A stretch of DNA of 63,866 nt, the filler included. It is 8 parts of 8 records of this genome, joined end to end, with 100 filler letters (N's around TTAATTAATTAA, not from the genome) between each part and the next. Parts side by side here need not be neighbours in the genome. Positions count along the whole stretch, not along the records: positions 1 to 13,739 come from SRR2962707_4831; positions 13,840 to 22,040 come from SRR2962707_4832; positions 22,141 to 29,853 come from SRR2962707_4833; 5 more parts are not named here. The stretch is one strand, 5' to 3'. This document shows, one piece after another, positions 10,373 through 22,188 of this stretch. The notes below the pieces were generated by a model, which saw only the letters and a list, made by a program, of their open reading frames with translations, had not been told where the DNA came from and made no database searches. How positions within the stretch are numbered: the stretch's first letter is position 1; the number at the start of each line of letters is the position of its first letter. The position numbers and the translations under genes are program-made.

Positions 10373-11275
10373 TTATTTACCATGGTTACCGGCATCCTGA
10401 TCATTTCGCAGCAGCAGGTACAGCGCCAGAATGGTCAATGACACGCCGCCCAATACGATTGGCGATGGCGCGCCATTGCCCAACGCGATCTCCCACAGGA
10501 TCACCCAGCTTGGCGTCAAATACGTGTACGCCATAACCTTGGCCGAGGGCAGCCGCAGCGACGCGAACTGAAGCAGTACAAAAGTGGCCGAAGACGCCGC
10601 CACCGAGACGTAAAGGATCGTGATCCAAACGATAGGTGGCAGCGCCAACCAGTCCGTCCCCAACACATCCCGCCAACCGTAGATAAACAACAGCGTACCG
10701 CCCCCAATGAGCGTCCCCAGCGTGAACACCACGGCGGGCTCCCCCCTGTTCAACTTGCGCACCATCGGCGTGTAAAGGGCATGGCTGACACAGCCGATGA
10801 AATACACAGCCTCGCCGCGGCCTACCTCGAAACGTTGCAGGGCGGCCAGGTCTGCCCTGAAAATCACCCACAGCGCCCCGGCGGCCCCGATCGCAAGGGC
10901 AAATGCCATCCGCAGCGTGGTTCTTTGCCGTAGCAAAAGCCAGCCGAACCCCGCGGCAATGACAGGCGTCAGCGTGAAAACTGCCGCAGCGCTGACAGGT
11001 CGCGCGGTTTTCAACCCCTCGAACATCAGCACAAAATAGATCGCGAACAACCCGCCCAAAACCACATAGCGCCACGGCGCACGGGCAGCTTCACGCGTGA
11101 TCCCTGTTGTCGCGGCAACAGCGACTGCAATCACAACGCCAGCAATAACAAACCGCGCCGCATTCAAAGCCGCAGGCGAAATCATGTTCGCCGACATCGA
11201 CCCCAACGAAAACGACCCCGCAACGAGGGCCGAGAAGGTGAGCATTGCCAGATGCCCCTGAATATCGGGCCGCAT
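10373..11275 (-). CDS. DMT/EamA-family transporter
   Basis: About 10 hydrophobic segments in two EamA-like repeats; start overlaps the LysR stop. Confidence 0.88.
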   Translation of the reverse strand: MRPDIQGHLAMLTFSALVAGSFSLGSMSANMISPAALNAARFVIAGVVIAVAVAATTGITREAARAPWRYVVLGGLFAIYFVLMFEGLKTARPVSAAAVFTLTPVIAAGFGWLLLRQRTTLRMAFALAIGAAGALWVIFRADLAALQRFEVGRGEAVYFIGCVSHALYTPMVRKLNRGEPAVVFTLGTLIGGGTLLFIYGWRDVLGTDWLALPPIVWITILYVSVAASSATFVLLQFASLRLPSAKVMAYTYLTPSWVILWEIALGNGAPSPIVLGGVSLTILALYLLLRNDQDAGNHGK

Positions 11276-12150
11276 TAGGCGGCCGCCTTCGCGCTGTCTT
11301 TCAGAAACTTCAGCAACGCCTGCACCTTTGGCGTGCGGTGCAGATCAACATGAGTGACAAGCCAAAGCGCCGAATCCCATTCGGGCAATTGCGGATGAAC
11401 CTCGATCAGATCGGGATCATTCAGCCCATACTCATATCCGACAAACCCGATACCGGCACCGCTGAGAATGGCCGCCGTCAGTGCCTTCGTATCGAGCGCG
11501 CGAAACGCCATCGCGTCTTTCGGGACCACTGATTGCACCCATTTAAAGAAAGGTGCCCGCATTTCCATATCGTCGTGAACGACAAAACGGTGGTTGCCGT
11601 AATCCTCGACACCCGATGGCATTCCGAACCTCTCGATATAGGTGCGGTGCGCGAACAGCCCGACCCTAAGCGGCATAAAGGGCTGTACAACATTATCCGG
11701 CTGCTCGGGCACTTTGCCCGCCCGGATCGCGACATGCGCCTCGCCATACTCGAGTCGGAACAAACGTTCGCCGGTCAGGAAACGTATGGAAATATCCGGG
11801 TTCTGCTTCTGGAAATCGACAAGCACAGGTGTCACCCAGTCGACGATCTCCAACAAGGATGTCACGACCAGTTCGCCCGATACGTTCTCACCGCGGCCCT
11901 TGATGCGGTTGGCAAGCTGGCTGAACTGATCGTTCGTCGCCTGCGCCACCCGCAACAGATCCTCGCCCGCTTCGGTTGCCTTGTAGCCACGGGCGTGACG
12001 CTGGAACAACTTGACCGCAAGGCGGGCCTCTAATGCATCAATATGGCGGATTACTGTCGCGTGGTGCACGCCCAGAACCTCGGCGGCGCCGCTGACGGTC
12101 CCCATCCGCGCCACTTGATAGGCTGTCTTTATCTCGTCCCAATTGTCCAC
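11275..12150 (-). CDS. LysR-family transcriptional regulator
   Basis: N-terminal HTH GTVSGAAEVLGVHHATVIRHIDALE, substrate-binding domain; GTG start at 12150. Confidence 0.93.
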   Translation of the reverse strand: MDNWDEIKTAYQVARMGTVSGAAEVLGVHHATVIRHIDALEARLAVKLFQRHARGYKATEAGEDLLRVAQATNDQFSQLANRIKGRGENVSGELVVTSLLEIVDWVTPVLVDFQKQNPDISIRFLTGERLFRLEYGEAHVAIRAGKVPEQPDNVVQPFMPLRVGLFAHRTYIERFGMPSGVEDYGNHRFVVHDDMEMRAPFFKWVQSVVPKDAMAFRALDTKALTAAILSGAGIGFVGYEYGLNDPDLIEVHPQLPEWDSALWLVTHVDLHRTPKVQALLKFLKDSAKAAA

Positions 12151-12175
12151 TGCGGCACCCTTTTCAAACGGAGAT

Positions 12176-12195
12176 ATGTGCAAAATCGAACACAT
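12176..12195. promoter_or_regulatory. Probable LysR recognition site in the lysR/azoR divergent region
   Basis: ATGTG-N10-CACAT dyad containing a T-N11-A core. Confidence 0.5.
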
Positions 12196-12281
12196 CACCC
12201 GCATTTTTCGCAAGTTGTGTTCGCCCATGCAAGGCGCATCTATGGGACAGTATTGAAACCCCTACGAAAGGACATCCTCCC

Positions 12282-12875
12282 ATGTCAGTTCTACGCATCG
12301 ACTCTTCTGCAAACACGACAGATTCCGTAACCCGCGCGCTAACCGACCGCATCATTGCCAAACTGGGCGACACTGATGTGACAGTGCGCGACCTTGCACA
12401 TGAACCACTGCCTCAGATCACCCAAACTTGGGCCGTCGCCCGCGCCACGCCTGAGGCGGACCGTTCCCCCGAACAAGCCGCCGCACTGGTCGAATCTGAC
12501 AAACTGGTGGCCGAACTGCTGGCCGCTGATACCATCGTCATTGGTGCCCCGATCTATAACTTCAGCGTGCCTGCATCCCTGAAAGCATGGATCGATCTGA
12601 TTGCCCGTGTAGGCGTAACATTCCGCTACACCGAAACCGGCCCCGAGGGTCTGGTTAAAGGCAAGCGCGTGATCGTCGCCATGGCATCGGGCGGCGTTCC
12701 AGCTGGTTCCGAGGCGGATTTCAACACCGGCTACCTCAAGGCTGTCCTTGGCTTTATGGGTATGACCGATGTTACAGTCGTTTCGGCTGATGCGCTGGCC
12801 AAAGACCCCGAAGGCACCATTGCACGCGCCAATGAAGCCGTTGATGCGTTGGCTGCAACCTCCAAAGCGGCCTGA
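12282..12875 (+). CDS. azoR: FMN-dependent NADH-azoreductase
   Basis: LRIDSS, PIYNFSVPASLKAWID, TFRYTETGPEGL, ASGG. Confidence 0.92.
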   Translation: MSVLRIDSSANTTDSVTRALTDRIIAKLGDTDVTVRDLAHEPLPQITQTWAVARATPEADRSPEQAAALVESDKLVAELLAADTIVIGAPIYNFSVPASLKAWIDLIARVGVTFRYTETGPEGLVKGKRVIVAMASGGVPAGSEADFNTGYLKAVLGFMGMTDVTVVSADALAKDPEGTIARANEAVDALAATSKAA

Positions 12876-12886
12876 CCACCGGATAC

Positions 12887-12916
12887 GACGGGCGGGTTGA
12901 CTCAAACCTGCCCGTC
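12887..12916 (+). terminator. Hairpin after azoR, possible terminator
   Basis: GACGGGCGGGTT-N6-AACCTGCCCGTC, weak U tail. Confidence 0.55.
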
Positions 12917-13079
12917 ACTTAAACGACCCACAAATCCCGGAAGCATTATGCCTTCCGGTCTCTGGCGCGGCCAGAGATCGCCCCCCACCAGCGTGTTACG
13001 CCCGTGGGGGCATTTGTGTATTTAACGCGGGCTTCCTAAATTAGGATTCTCCGCAACCGACCGAAGGGGGCCATGGCCC

Positions 13080-13739
13080 ATGTTTGAGAACCTATCCGAA
13101 CGCCTTTCCGGCGTCTTCGACCGCCTCACCAAACAAGGTGCGCTGTCCGAAGAAGACGTCAAAACCGCCCTGCGCGAAGTCCGCGTTGCCTTGCTTGAGG
13201 CTGACGTATCCCTGCCCGTCGCCCGTGATTTCGTCAAAGCCGTCCAAGACAAAGCGACCGGCCAAGCGGTCACCAAATCGATCACCCCCGGCCAACAGGT
13301 CGTCAAGATTGTCCATGACACCCTGATTGACGTGCTGCGCGGCGAAGGCGAACCCGGCTCCCTCAAAATCGACAACGCCCCTGCCCCGATCCTGATGGTC
13401 GGTCTGCAAGGCTCCGGTAAAACCACTACGACCGCCAAGCTGGCAAAACGTCTGAAAGACCGCGACGGCAAACGCGTGCTGATGGCATCGCTTGACGTTA
13501 ACCGCCCCGCCGCGATGGAACAGCTTGCCATTCTCGGTGTGCAAATCGGCGTTGATACGCTGCCCATCGTCAAGGGCGAAAACCCCGTCCAGATCGCCAA
13601 GCGCGCCAAGACCCAGGCAGCCATGGGCGGCTATGACGTCTATATGCTCGACACTGCCGGCCGCCTGTCCATCGACGAAGAGCTGATGCAACAGGTCGAA
13701 GCCGTCCGTGACGTCGCCAACCCGCGCGAAACCCTGCTG
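13080..13739 (+). CDS. ffh: Signal recognition particle protein Ffh, 5' part (contig end)
   Basis: MFENLSERL, ALLEADV, GLQGSGKTTT, DTAGR. Confidence 0.97.
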
Positions 13740-13839
13740 NNNNNNNNNNNNNNNNNNNNNNNNNNNNNNNNNNNNNNNNNNNNTTAATTAATTAANNNNN
13801 NNNNNNNNNNNNNNNNNNNNNNNNNNNNNNNNNNNNNNN
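13740..13839. other. Artificial contig linker
   Basis: N-run + TTAATTAATTAA (stops in six frames) + N-run, 100 nt; identical linker recurs 7 times. Confidence 0.99.
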
Positions 13840-13866
13840 CACGCACGCACGCACGCACGCACGCAC
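13840..13866 (+). repeat. (CACG)n microsatellite at contig start, just 5' of the peptidase ATG
   Basis: cacgcacgcacg... directly visible. Confidence 0.95.
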
Positions 13867-13873
13867 AAACATC

Positions 13874-15630
13874 ATGCTCCAAAGCCTCCGATGTGCACTC
13901 CGCCGCAGCCTTTACAGATGCGGAGTCGCCAAACCACAGCGCAACTTCCTCGGCTCTCACAGCCTGTCCTCGTCGTCCTCAGACACTGGGCCATCCAGTG
14001 AAAGTGAACCCGCTGCTGCGGACGCGGCCCGTGCGTTCACAGACCGAGCCATGCCGGACGATCAGTTCACGTTCATGCGCGACGTGCTGGCAGCCCCGAG
14101 TCCGGTTGGCCTGGAAGCGAGCATGACCCGCGGAGTGCTTGAAGATAGGTTCAACGAGCTGAAATCCAAGCACCAGCTCGACACGTGGGGCTACCGCACG
14201 TTCAAGGGCAACGCAGGCGTTGTCTGGGAGAGCAACCCTCTGCCTCAACAGGCAAAGGACCCAAGTGATCAGCGGCTGAACGTGATGGTGATTGGGCACG
14301 CCGACAAAATCCGCATGCAAGTGCGAAGCATTGGCAAAGACGGCAAGATATGGATCAACACGGATGCTTTTTTGCCAATATCGCTTCTCGGCAACGAGGT
14401 GCGCATATTTTCCTCCGGGCGCACCGGGTCGAACGCAGAAGACATTGGAGACAGCGCCTCAAGCCCGCAGTTCCATACAATCGATGCGACCGCGGAGGCT
14501 GTAGGAGCTATTCACTTTGCTCCAGCAGCAGTTCGTAACGGGAAAGAGGGCCTAAAGGAGACGGATATTTACTTGGAACTTGGACTGCACGGCAAGGATC
14601 GGCAAAAGCAAGTTGAGGTTCGTTTCCCAAGTCAACGTGCTGGGCGTGACTTTACTTTGCCGCTGTTAGTGATTGAGAGAGGTCAATCGTTCATGTGCGT
14701 TTGCACGATGACTTTCTGGCTGTAGGATCTGGGGATCCGTGTGGGCGATCCTGTACTCCTGAACCGTCCAATTAAGCGATGCCACGCCGCCCAAAACACC
14801 TTCTCAGGAGCGTACTTGGACAACGGATTGGGCTGCTTCGTGGCAGCTGAAGTAGCTCGCCTCGTTGCTGAACGTGGGCTTGGCAAGAACACCACTGGAA
14901 CGCAATTGAACTGCCAATTTGCATTTTCTGCGCACGAAGAAATCGGCCGCTTTGGGTCGCGAATTTGTGTCGCTGAGTGCCGACCGGATGTGCTTATTGC
15001 AGGTGAGGTTCTTTCTGCTGAATTGTCGTCGTGCAAACTGCTTTTGATGCCGGTATTGCAACAAGCACACGCAAGCATTACGCAGTGTGCTCCTGCTTGT
15101 TGCAGTTGATGTCAACCACGACTACGAAGCTGCACCACGCGTTTCGGCTGAGCGGTCCGTTTTCTTGTAACATGACGCTTGCTTTTGAGCTGGACCGCGG
15201 CGCAGTTTTGCATGCATTTCTGACAAGCCAAGGGTCCAACCTGCAATGTAGGTACCAACCTCTGACCATGGGGTTAGGAATGACCCTCAGCGTTGGATCC
15301 ATTGTGTCTGAACAGTTAAATGCAACAATTGAGCGAGCGGCTGAGCGCCGTGGTATCCCTGTCCAGCGCGATGTTCGAGGGCGCGACACTGGAACTGATG
15401 GCATGGCTGGCGTACTCGGCAACGTTGACTGCGCTGCAACATCTGTCGGGTTCCCGATTCGTAACATGCACACAGTCAGTGAACTTGGTCACACAGGGGA
15501 CGTCCTAGCTTGTATTGAAGCACTTTACGGCACTCTGGAAGACCTTGCCAAAGAAGGTTTTCACGGCGACAGTCTGCGCGATGGACACCCGCGGCTTGAC
15601 CAGGCCTCCCCATTGACGAAACACTCTTAA
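13874..15630 (+). CDS. M42-family (TET-like) metallo-aminopeptidase, eukaryotic, 4 exons, N-terminal presequence
   Basis: GT-AG introns 14618-14725, 15003-15105, 15155-15251 give a continuous frame with metal ligands GHADKI, YLDNG, HEEIG, DVNHD, GTDG, RNMHT. Confidence 0.85.
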
Positions 15631-15800
15631 AAAGGATGGGAGGAGTCCATCAAACACGGTGGAAAAATACGGCCTTTGGTCTTCAGTCTCGACGATCATT
15701 GATGTCGCTACATTTTACTTTTAATTCCATGCACGTGTCACGACCTTTTTATCATTCCACGGACACTTTCGCGTTTGCGACCCAGGCGTTGCGACAAGTT

Positions 15801-18800
15801 TCACTGATCAGTACCATCCGCTTTCCCGAAAGCCCCACCTCCTGGGGTATCGATGACGAACGTGTCCCCTGGTCGCATGTGCACTGATCCACGATTTCCA
15901 AGGTCCTCAATGCCTTCCTCCTTTCCATCAGGACCACGACGAATTACGTAGTTTCGCCCAACTTCTCCTTCGCCTCCGCCTTCAAGGCCAAACGTTGGGA
16001 CCTTGCGGTGGTTGGACAAAATTTGAGCTTCCATGGGCTCGAGAAATCGAATTGCTCGATGAATGCCGTCCCCTCCTTTGAAGTGACCTTGGCCGCCAGT
16101 GCCACGTCGAATTGAAAACTCATCGAGCAGCACCGGGTATCGGAATTCAAGAATTTCAGGGTCTGTGAGTCGTGTGTTGGTCATGTGGGAGTGCACTGCA
16201 TCACATCCAGGACCTGCCATGACACCACACGACAAAACAAATCAGACTGACGGAGCAAATGCCAAGCGGGCGCTGGGCCTTTGGCGGCCATTGCCGTGAG
16301 CCTGTTGGACATCAATAACTGCACGAACCATTCGGGCTGGCGCCTGTGCCGCCGCAGATCGTTTCGTAGTATTGCTTGTCGCCCTCATTACCGAAAGTGA
16401 AGTTGTTCATGGTGCCCTGACTTCCAGCTAGAACACCCAGAGCACCATAGAGTGTTTCGGTAACCATTTGTGAAACCTCGGTGTTTCCTGCAACTACAGC
16501 AGCTGGGTAGCTAATATCCACACAACGATTTGACAATCAGAAGGAAAATCAACCACCGAAACCGGTGGAATGCACAAAGTCTGCTCACTGGGAAAGGGTT
16601 TGGAAAGCAGTGAATTCACACACCGTGGGTTGATCATGCTCCCTTCTGGGAGAATGATGTTGAGCGGCTTCAAGCAACCTTCGTTCAACGGAATGGAGTC
16701 TTGAACAAGCGTGCGGAATACATACAGAACCGCCGCCATACCAATTGCCTTGGGGGCGTTAAAATTGTTGTCTCGCTGCTCGGAAGTTCCAGTGAAGTCA
16801 ACCGTTGCGCTGCGGGACTCCTAGCGATCAAAAGGTGCAAGCGCAAAGAAATTTGGTTCCCTGACGACAACATCCAATCCCAGGACAAGCGCTTGCAACA
16901 GCTTCAAATGTCGTCCGGACCTGATCAATGGACACCTTGCAAGTGATGTGACCTCCATCGTCGTCAGCATAGGTAAATTCTCCGTCTTGAAGTACGTCAA
17001 TGACGCGGCGCACACATTCTTCTGCGTTGTCCATCACGTATTGCATGTAGGCTTGAACAACAGGAAGAGTGAACTGGTCGATCATTGCATGAAGCTCAGT
17101 GATTCCACGCTCATTTGCCTGACCGTATCACCAAAAGTGAAGGATGGATGAGCAAATACGCAGGATTAAGACTGAGTGAAAACATTTTCAACGTGCATGA
17201 TTTCATACCGCAATCTGGGCGCGCAGATCCGACAGGTTGGTATTGATGTTGCGACTTGGGTAAGGGCCTGCAAGCAAGCACCCGACAGAACAAGTGGGCC
17301 ACGCAAACTGCGTTGCCGTGCAAGTGGACACAATTCTCAAATTCCAAACGAAACAGAACAGGAATGTCCGAGCACCTGATTTCAGCAGATCAACTATGGC
17401 TTCTTCACGGAAGCTTCCGTGGGATCCGTCCACGAGCTGGAAGTTGTCAATAAGGATGCCCTCCTGCTCAATGTGAGTGCTAAACGGTGGGATAGAGCCT
17501 GGTGTGATGCCACCAATTTCCTGATGGTGACCGCGAGAGCCAACCCAGAACAGGGGCTCAGGGCGCGAACCGGAGTCGTTGGGGCCCCGCTCATGCTCGG
17601 ATTTGTGGAAAACTGGAGTGATGACAGTGACGTCTGGAATGTGAGTCCCTCCATTGTACCTGGAGGCAGGAGCAAGTCCAATGAGTTTTTGCAAGGGGCA
17701 ACTTCGCAAGCGTTCCTTCAATAAAAGCCACCACAACTCTGTGGCGTGACTTACGGAGCATTGGTGACGAACACATCCCCCGGAATACAAGTGTCACCCC
17801 GAAGCGAGATGATGTTGCGAATGGCATCCCCCATGCTGCCCAAGTGCACAGGGATATGTGGCGCATTGGCAATTAATTGACCCTTGTGGTCAAAAAGTGC
17901 GCAGGAAAAGTCGAGGCGCTCCTTGATATTCACTGAGTGAGATACGTTCTCCAACGTTGCCCCCATTTGTTCAGCAACCGACATGAACAGGTTATTGAAG
18001 ATTTCCAGTGTGATGGGATCTGCTTGATCAGTCCCTGTGGAAAACCATGCAGCGATGTACCCAATGGGCAAGTTATCAAGTTATTTGGCAGTGCAATAAT
18101 TCAAAGAATACGAATAATTTTCCACCTACCAATTGCAGTTTCTTTCTTCTGAGGAACCATGCGTCTCAGCACAAGTGCCCCCATCTCGGTGAGCGATGCC
18201 TCCCATTCCGGCTCCACTACAGTCGTGCTATTAAATTCGCGAATAATTGCCGGACCTTGAATCTGCCAAGGCCCAATCACAATTCCATAACATCATGCGA
18301 GTCTTCTCTTGAAATCGTCAAACGGAATAAAACGCTTGCGTCAAAAGCACTTACCCGACTGTCGACGGTCAGATATTGCCGATCAAAAACGCCGGTGCGA
18401 TGCCACTGATCGCCGGCAAACATGTCAATCACTTCCTCCGGAGTCGCTGGCTTTCCATTGGATGGCGACGGGGCAAACGACGCAATGGAACTAGGATTGG
18501 ACGCATCGTGGCCCGGACGACTGACTGCTTCGACACCAAGAGCTTCCAGGATCAATGCCTTGTGGTCCACAATGAACCCATATTGTTGTCGGTGAGCTGC
18601 CTCAAAGTTGCGCTGGGTCTGCTCGATGCTATCCGGCACTAAATCCACCACCTTCACGAAGAAACAACATCAAGGCACAACCCAAGTGAGTAATGGAGAG
18701 AGGGTCGGCAAGGTTCACACAACACGTTGCCACGGCAAGTGGAGGCGGTACCAAGGCGGTATCGGTCCCTTCGTATCGAATGTGGGCTTTGAGTACAACG

Positions 18801-21636
18801 TCGATTTCGTGATTTGGAACATCTTGCTCCAGAAGCTCGCGAACAGTCCCATCTTCGAGTCGAGACTGCACTTCTGGCACCACAGATCTAAGAGACTCTT
18901 CATTCAAAGGAACCTCAATAGTCTCTTCGAGCATCGAGCGCACGTTGGCCTTCAGCCGCAGAAGCACAACGCAAATTCATAAAGTTGCGACAGGAGAAGA
19001 CCACCACGGTGTGCACGAGCACGACCGACGAAAAGAACATTCAGCAACCAAACTGCAAGCTCGCACCAGCCCCATGCCGTATGCCGACAGAACTCCACTG
19101 AAAGGGTGCAGCATGATTGACTCCATGCCAAGAGCATCTGCGACTTGGCACGCGTGCTGGCCTCCAGCACCACCGAAGCAGCAAAGCGTGTAACTAGCAG
19201 TCACATTGACCCGCATTCCACAAATCAAATCAAACTGCACTTCGTGCCGAAAGTAAAAGCCAAACGCAAACAAACGCCGGAAGCACAAAAGCGATTCACT
19301 AACCCAGTGATGTCATGTCCGCGCTTGACGCTGATGTCCTTGATGGCTGTTGCCATGTTATCAACAGCGATGCGAAGATATCCAGCCTGCGTACACCCAA
19401 TTGCGTGTTCATACCGTGATGTATCTTGAAGCAGACACGGCACGATCAGAAAATCGTCAAGTACGCGAGACCACTTTTCGGCACTGCACCTACCGCAGTC
19501 TGCTCGGGGGTGAGAGGTTGCACCAATGGATTCGCAGCGTTGATTTCCTCCGTCAATGTTGCAAACTTGTCTTTCACGACGTCAACATCGAGCGTTTCGT
19601 CTGCCTTGTGGCCAAAGATGTTGCCGAAGAACTCTGGGCGGAGCCGGCCCAGGAGAACGTTGCAGTCAGTAACGGCCAAAGGGCCACCTCGTCGGTATGA
19701 GGCCTGACCCAGCAAACAGTGTTCACAATGCGATATCAGATCACGGCGAACCAGCAACATATCTATTGGAACTCGAAAGGAAGGGCAGCCCTTGTGCAAC
19801 CACCGCCACAAGAGCCAAGGTCACGACACCCAAATCGAACGAACCGGTCCGGGGCTGGCACCAGCAGATGCAGGACCAACTCGCATGCGGGCACCGTCGA
19901 AGGTGAGAATGGAGCCGCCACCAGCCTGAAAACAAGGAAATCACCGTTTGAATCATTGACAGCAATCTCGCCTTGCCGGTCGCCAGGTGAGTATTTCGCA
20001 AACCAACAACAGCGACACGAACCGCCACAGTGTGAATTCGCATCATTGGAGCGCGCATGCGCACTCCGGCAACCTCTGTGTTGAAGGTTCGTTCGAATTC
20101 ACCTGCAAGTAAAGGTTTCAAGAAGTACGTGAATAAAACTAGACCCGAAAGCAGTATTACCATGTGCAGATGCAGAACGAAAGCGGAGGCAACCACACCA
20201 TCGTAGTGAGCGACATCTGTCGACGTGCCACCCATATCAAAACCAATGATGCGGGAAAAGTTTTCGGCCTCGCAGGTGACAGCAGCACCTACAATGCCTC
20301 CTGCTGGACCACTGAGAATACTGTCCTTGCCCTGGAATAGATGCGCCGCCTGAAAAGCATGCCCCAATCGCCAGAACAATAAGCATCGGCACGACATTCG
20401 AGGGGCTAAACATCAACGGTCGGGTTGATTTCGAAAAGCAAGCCAACAACCATTGTACCTTCAATCCTCCATTTGATTGCATGAACATCAATTGGGTTCC
20501 GTCGAGCTCGGAAGCAACCTGTCGCAAGCCAAATTACGCTCAGTCAGAGTGCGTTCACAGTACAGAGTACCCCTGATTTTCCATCTGTGCATGTCATGCA
20601 GCGTGTCCGGATTACGCACCTGGTCGACATATCGGCGTAAAATCGGAGTCAGGTACGCGTCCACAGTGGTCGTGTCACCCCGGCTGACCAGCTTCATCAA
20701 AGGGCTAGTTTCATGTGACACGGAGATTTGCGTGAAACCGATTTCCCTTGCAATGTCAGCGATTGCCTTTTCGTGCTCGGTGTACCGATAGCTGCACCCG
20801 GGTATATATACATCCGGGTTTGGGCACGGACATACAAACACCACCGATCAAAACACGAAATCGATCCCAGCCATGCAAATCAAGCATTGGTGCGGGGAGT
20901 GAGCGAGATACCAATCGCCATTGCCAGCACGCACGGCTTACCCATGCATCATCACCACCGCCACGCCTCGAATGCCGGAATCGTAGACTTCTTGCAGACG
21001 CGCCCGCGTAACATTTGGGTCAATGGGAGCGAGTTCCTCTCCTGCTGCCGAGAATCGCCCGGGTACTTCCACGGCACTCTCATACAGGAGCTCGGGCAAC
21101 TTTATGTCGAGTGCGAAGATTTCCGGGCGGTTTTGATACCCGATCCGCAGCGCGTCGCGGAACCCCTCGTTGGTGACCAGCGCGACTCGGTCACCCTCGC
21201 GCTCGAGAAGCGCGTTCGTGGCCACAGTGGTGCCCATCTTCACCGTGCGGATCCGCTCAGCGGGGATCGGGTCCTGCGGGCGCAGTCCCAAGTGATGGCG
21301 AATGCCCTGCAGAGCCGAGTCTTTGTAGACACCCGGGTTCTCCGACAGAATCTTCGAAGCTTCGAGCGTACCGTCCGGCTTCTTCGCCACAATGTCAGTG
21401 AACGTCCCACCGCGGTCGATCCAGAACTCCCACAGGCTGCCCTCAGCAGCTTCACCGGTGGTGGTGGTGGTGGAGGAGGAGAAGGAGGAGGAGGACGACG
21501 ACGACGAGAGCACAGGAGCGATTGAACGAGGGCAGCGATTCAGAAACCCAGCGACGCCAGCTCGCTGACGCTGACGATGCAAGAAAGACGCATTCGAAGA
21601 CCGGCGCAAGGCTGCCCTCCACAGTTGCGCTGACAT
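15801..21636 (-). CDS. ATP-dependent 5-oxoprolinase (fused hydantoinase A/B type), about 19 exons
   Basis: [97 protein letters not shown], joined by 18 GT-AG introns. Confidence 0.92.
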
Positions 21637-21805
21637 CCTCCCCGACGCGACACGACACGACACGACAGGAACGAAAGAAAGGGGACACAACACACGACGA
21701 GACAAGAGCCCAGCTACTACTCACGGCACGACGACACGCAGCAGCGAGCGGAAGAAGCCCCCTCGGTCGACAGGAAAACAGTAAGGAGAAGGGGAGGAAG
21801 CGGGA

Positions 21806-21945
21806 CGAACAGGAGGTGTTCGAAAAAGTTGCAGTGTGTAAAGTTCGAAACTTGTCTCTCGATTGATCCGTGGTGAGGACAAGAGATGTTCGAAAAAGTT
21901 GCAGTGTGTAAAGTCCGAAACTTGACTCTCGATTGATCCGTGGTT
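21806..21945. repeat. Tandem direct repeat, 2 x 70 bp, upstream of the oxoprolinase gene
   Basis: TGTTCGAAAAAGTTGCAGTGTGTAAAGT(T/C)CGAAACTTG(T/A)CTCTCGATTGATCCGTGGT at 21817 and 21887. Confidence 0.92.
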
Positions 21946-22009
21946 GGGGGCGCAGTCCGCCTGCCTTAGAGCAACAGAGTGGCGCGCACCAATCTCAAGT
22001 CCGTGAGGC

Positions 22010-22040
22010 GACAGACAGACAGACAGACAGACGGACGGAC
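22010..22040. repeat. (GACA)n/(GGAC)n microsatellite at contig end
   Basis: Directly visible. Confidence 0.95.
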
Positions 22041-22140
22041 NNNNNNNNNNNNNNNNNNNNNNNNNNNNNNNNNNNNNNNNNNNNTTAATTAATTAANNNN
22101 NNNNNNNNNNNNNNNNNNNNNNNNNNNNNNNNNNNNNNNN
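22041..22140. other. Artificial contig linker
   Basis: N-run + TTAATTAATTAA + N-run. Confidence 0.99.
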
Positions 22141-22164
22141 GCGTGCGTGCGTGCGTGCGTGCGT
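22141..22164. repeat. (GCGT)n microsatellite just 5' of the next ATG
   Basis: Directly visible. Confidence 0.95.
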
Positions 22165-22188
22165 GTGCTTGTCTTCCTGGGCGTGGAG

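Noticed and set aside
12930-13020. Short hairpins upstream of ffh as SRP RNA or a riboswitch
   Set aside because: No full SRP helix-8 context (CAGG...GGAA...AGCA) or other recognisable RNA family motif
13740-13839. TTAATTAATTAA as a biological repeat, CtrA site or HGT junction
   Set aside because: It is embedded in N-runs, identical at all seven joins and is a standard six-frame stop linker
21806-21945. CRISPR array
   Set aside because: Only two 70-bp units, no unique spacers, no cas genes, eukaryotic contig
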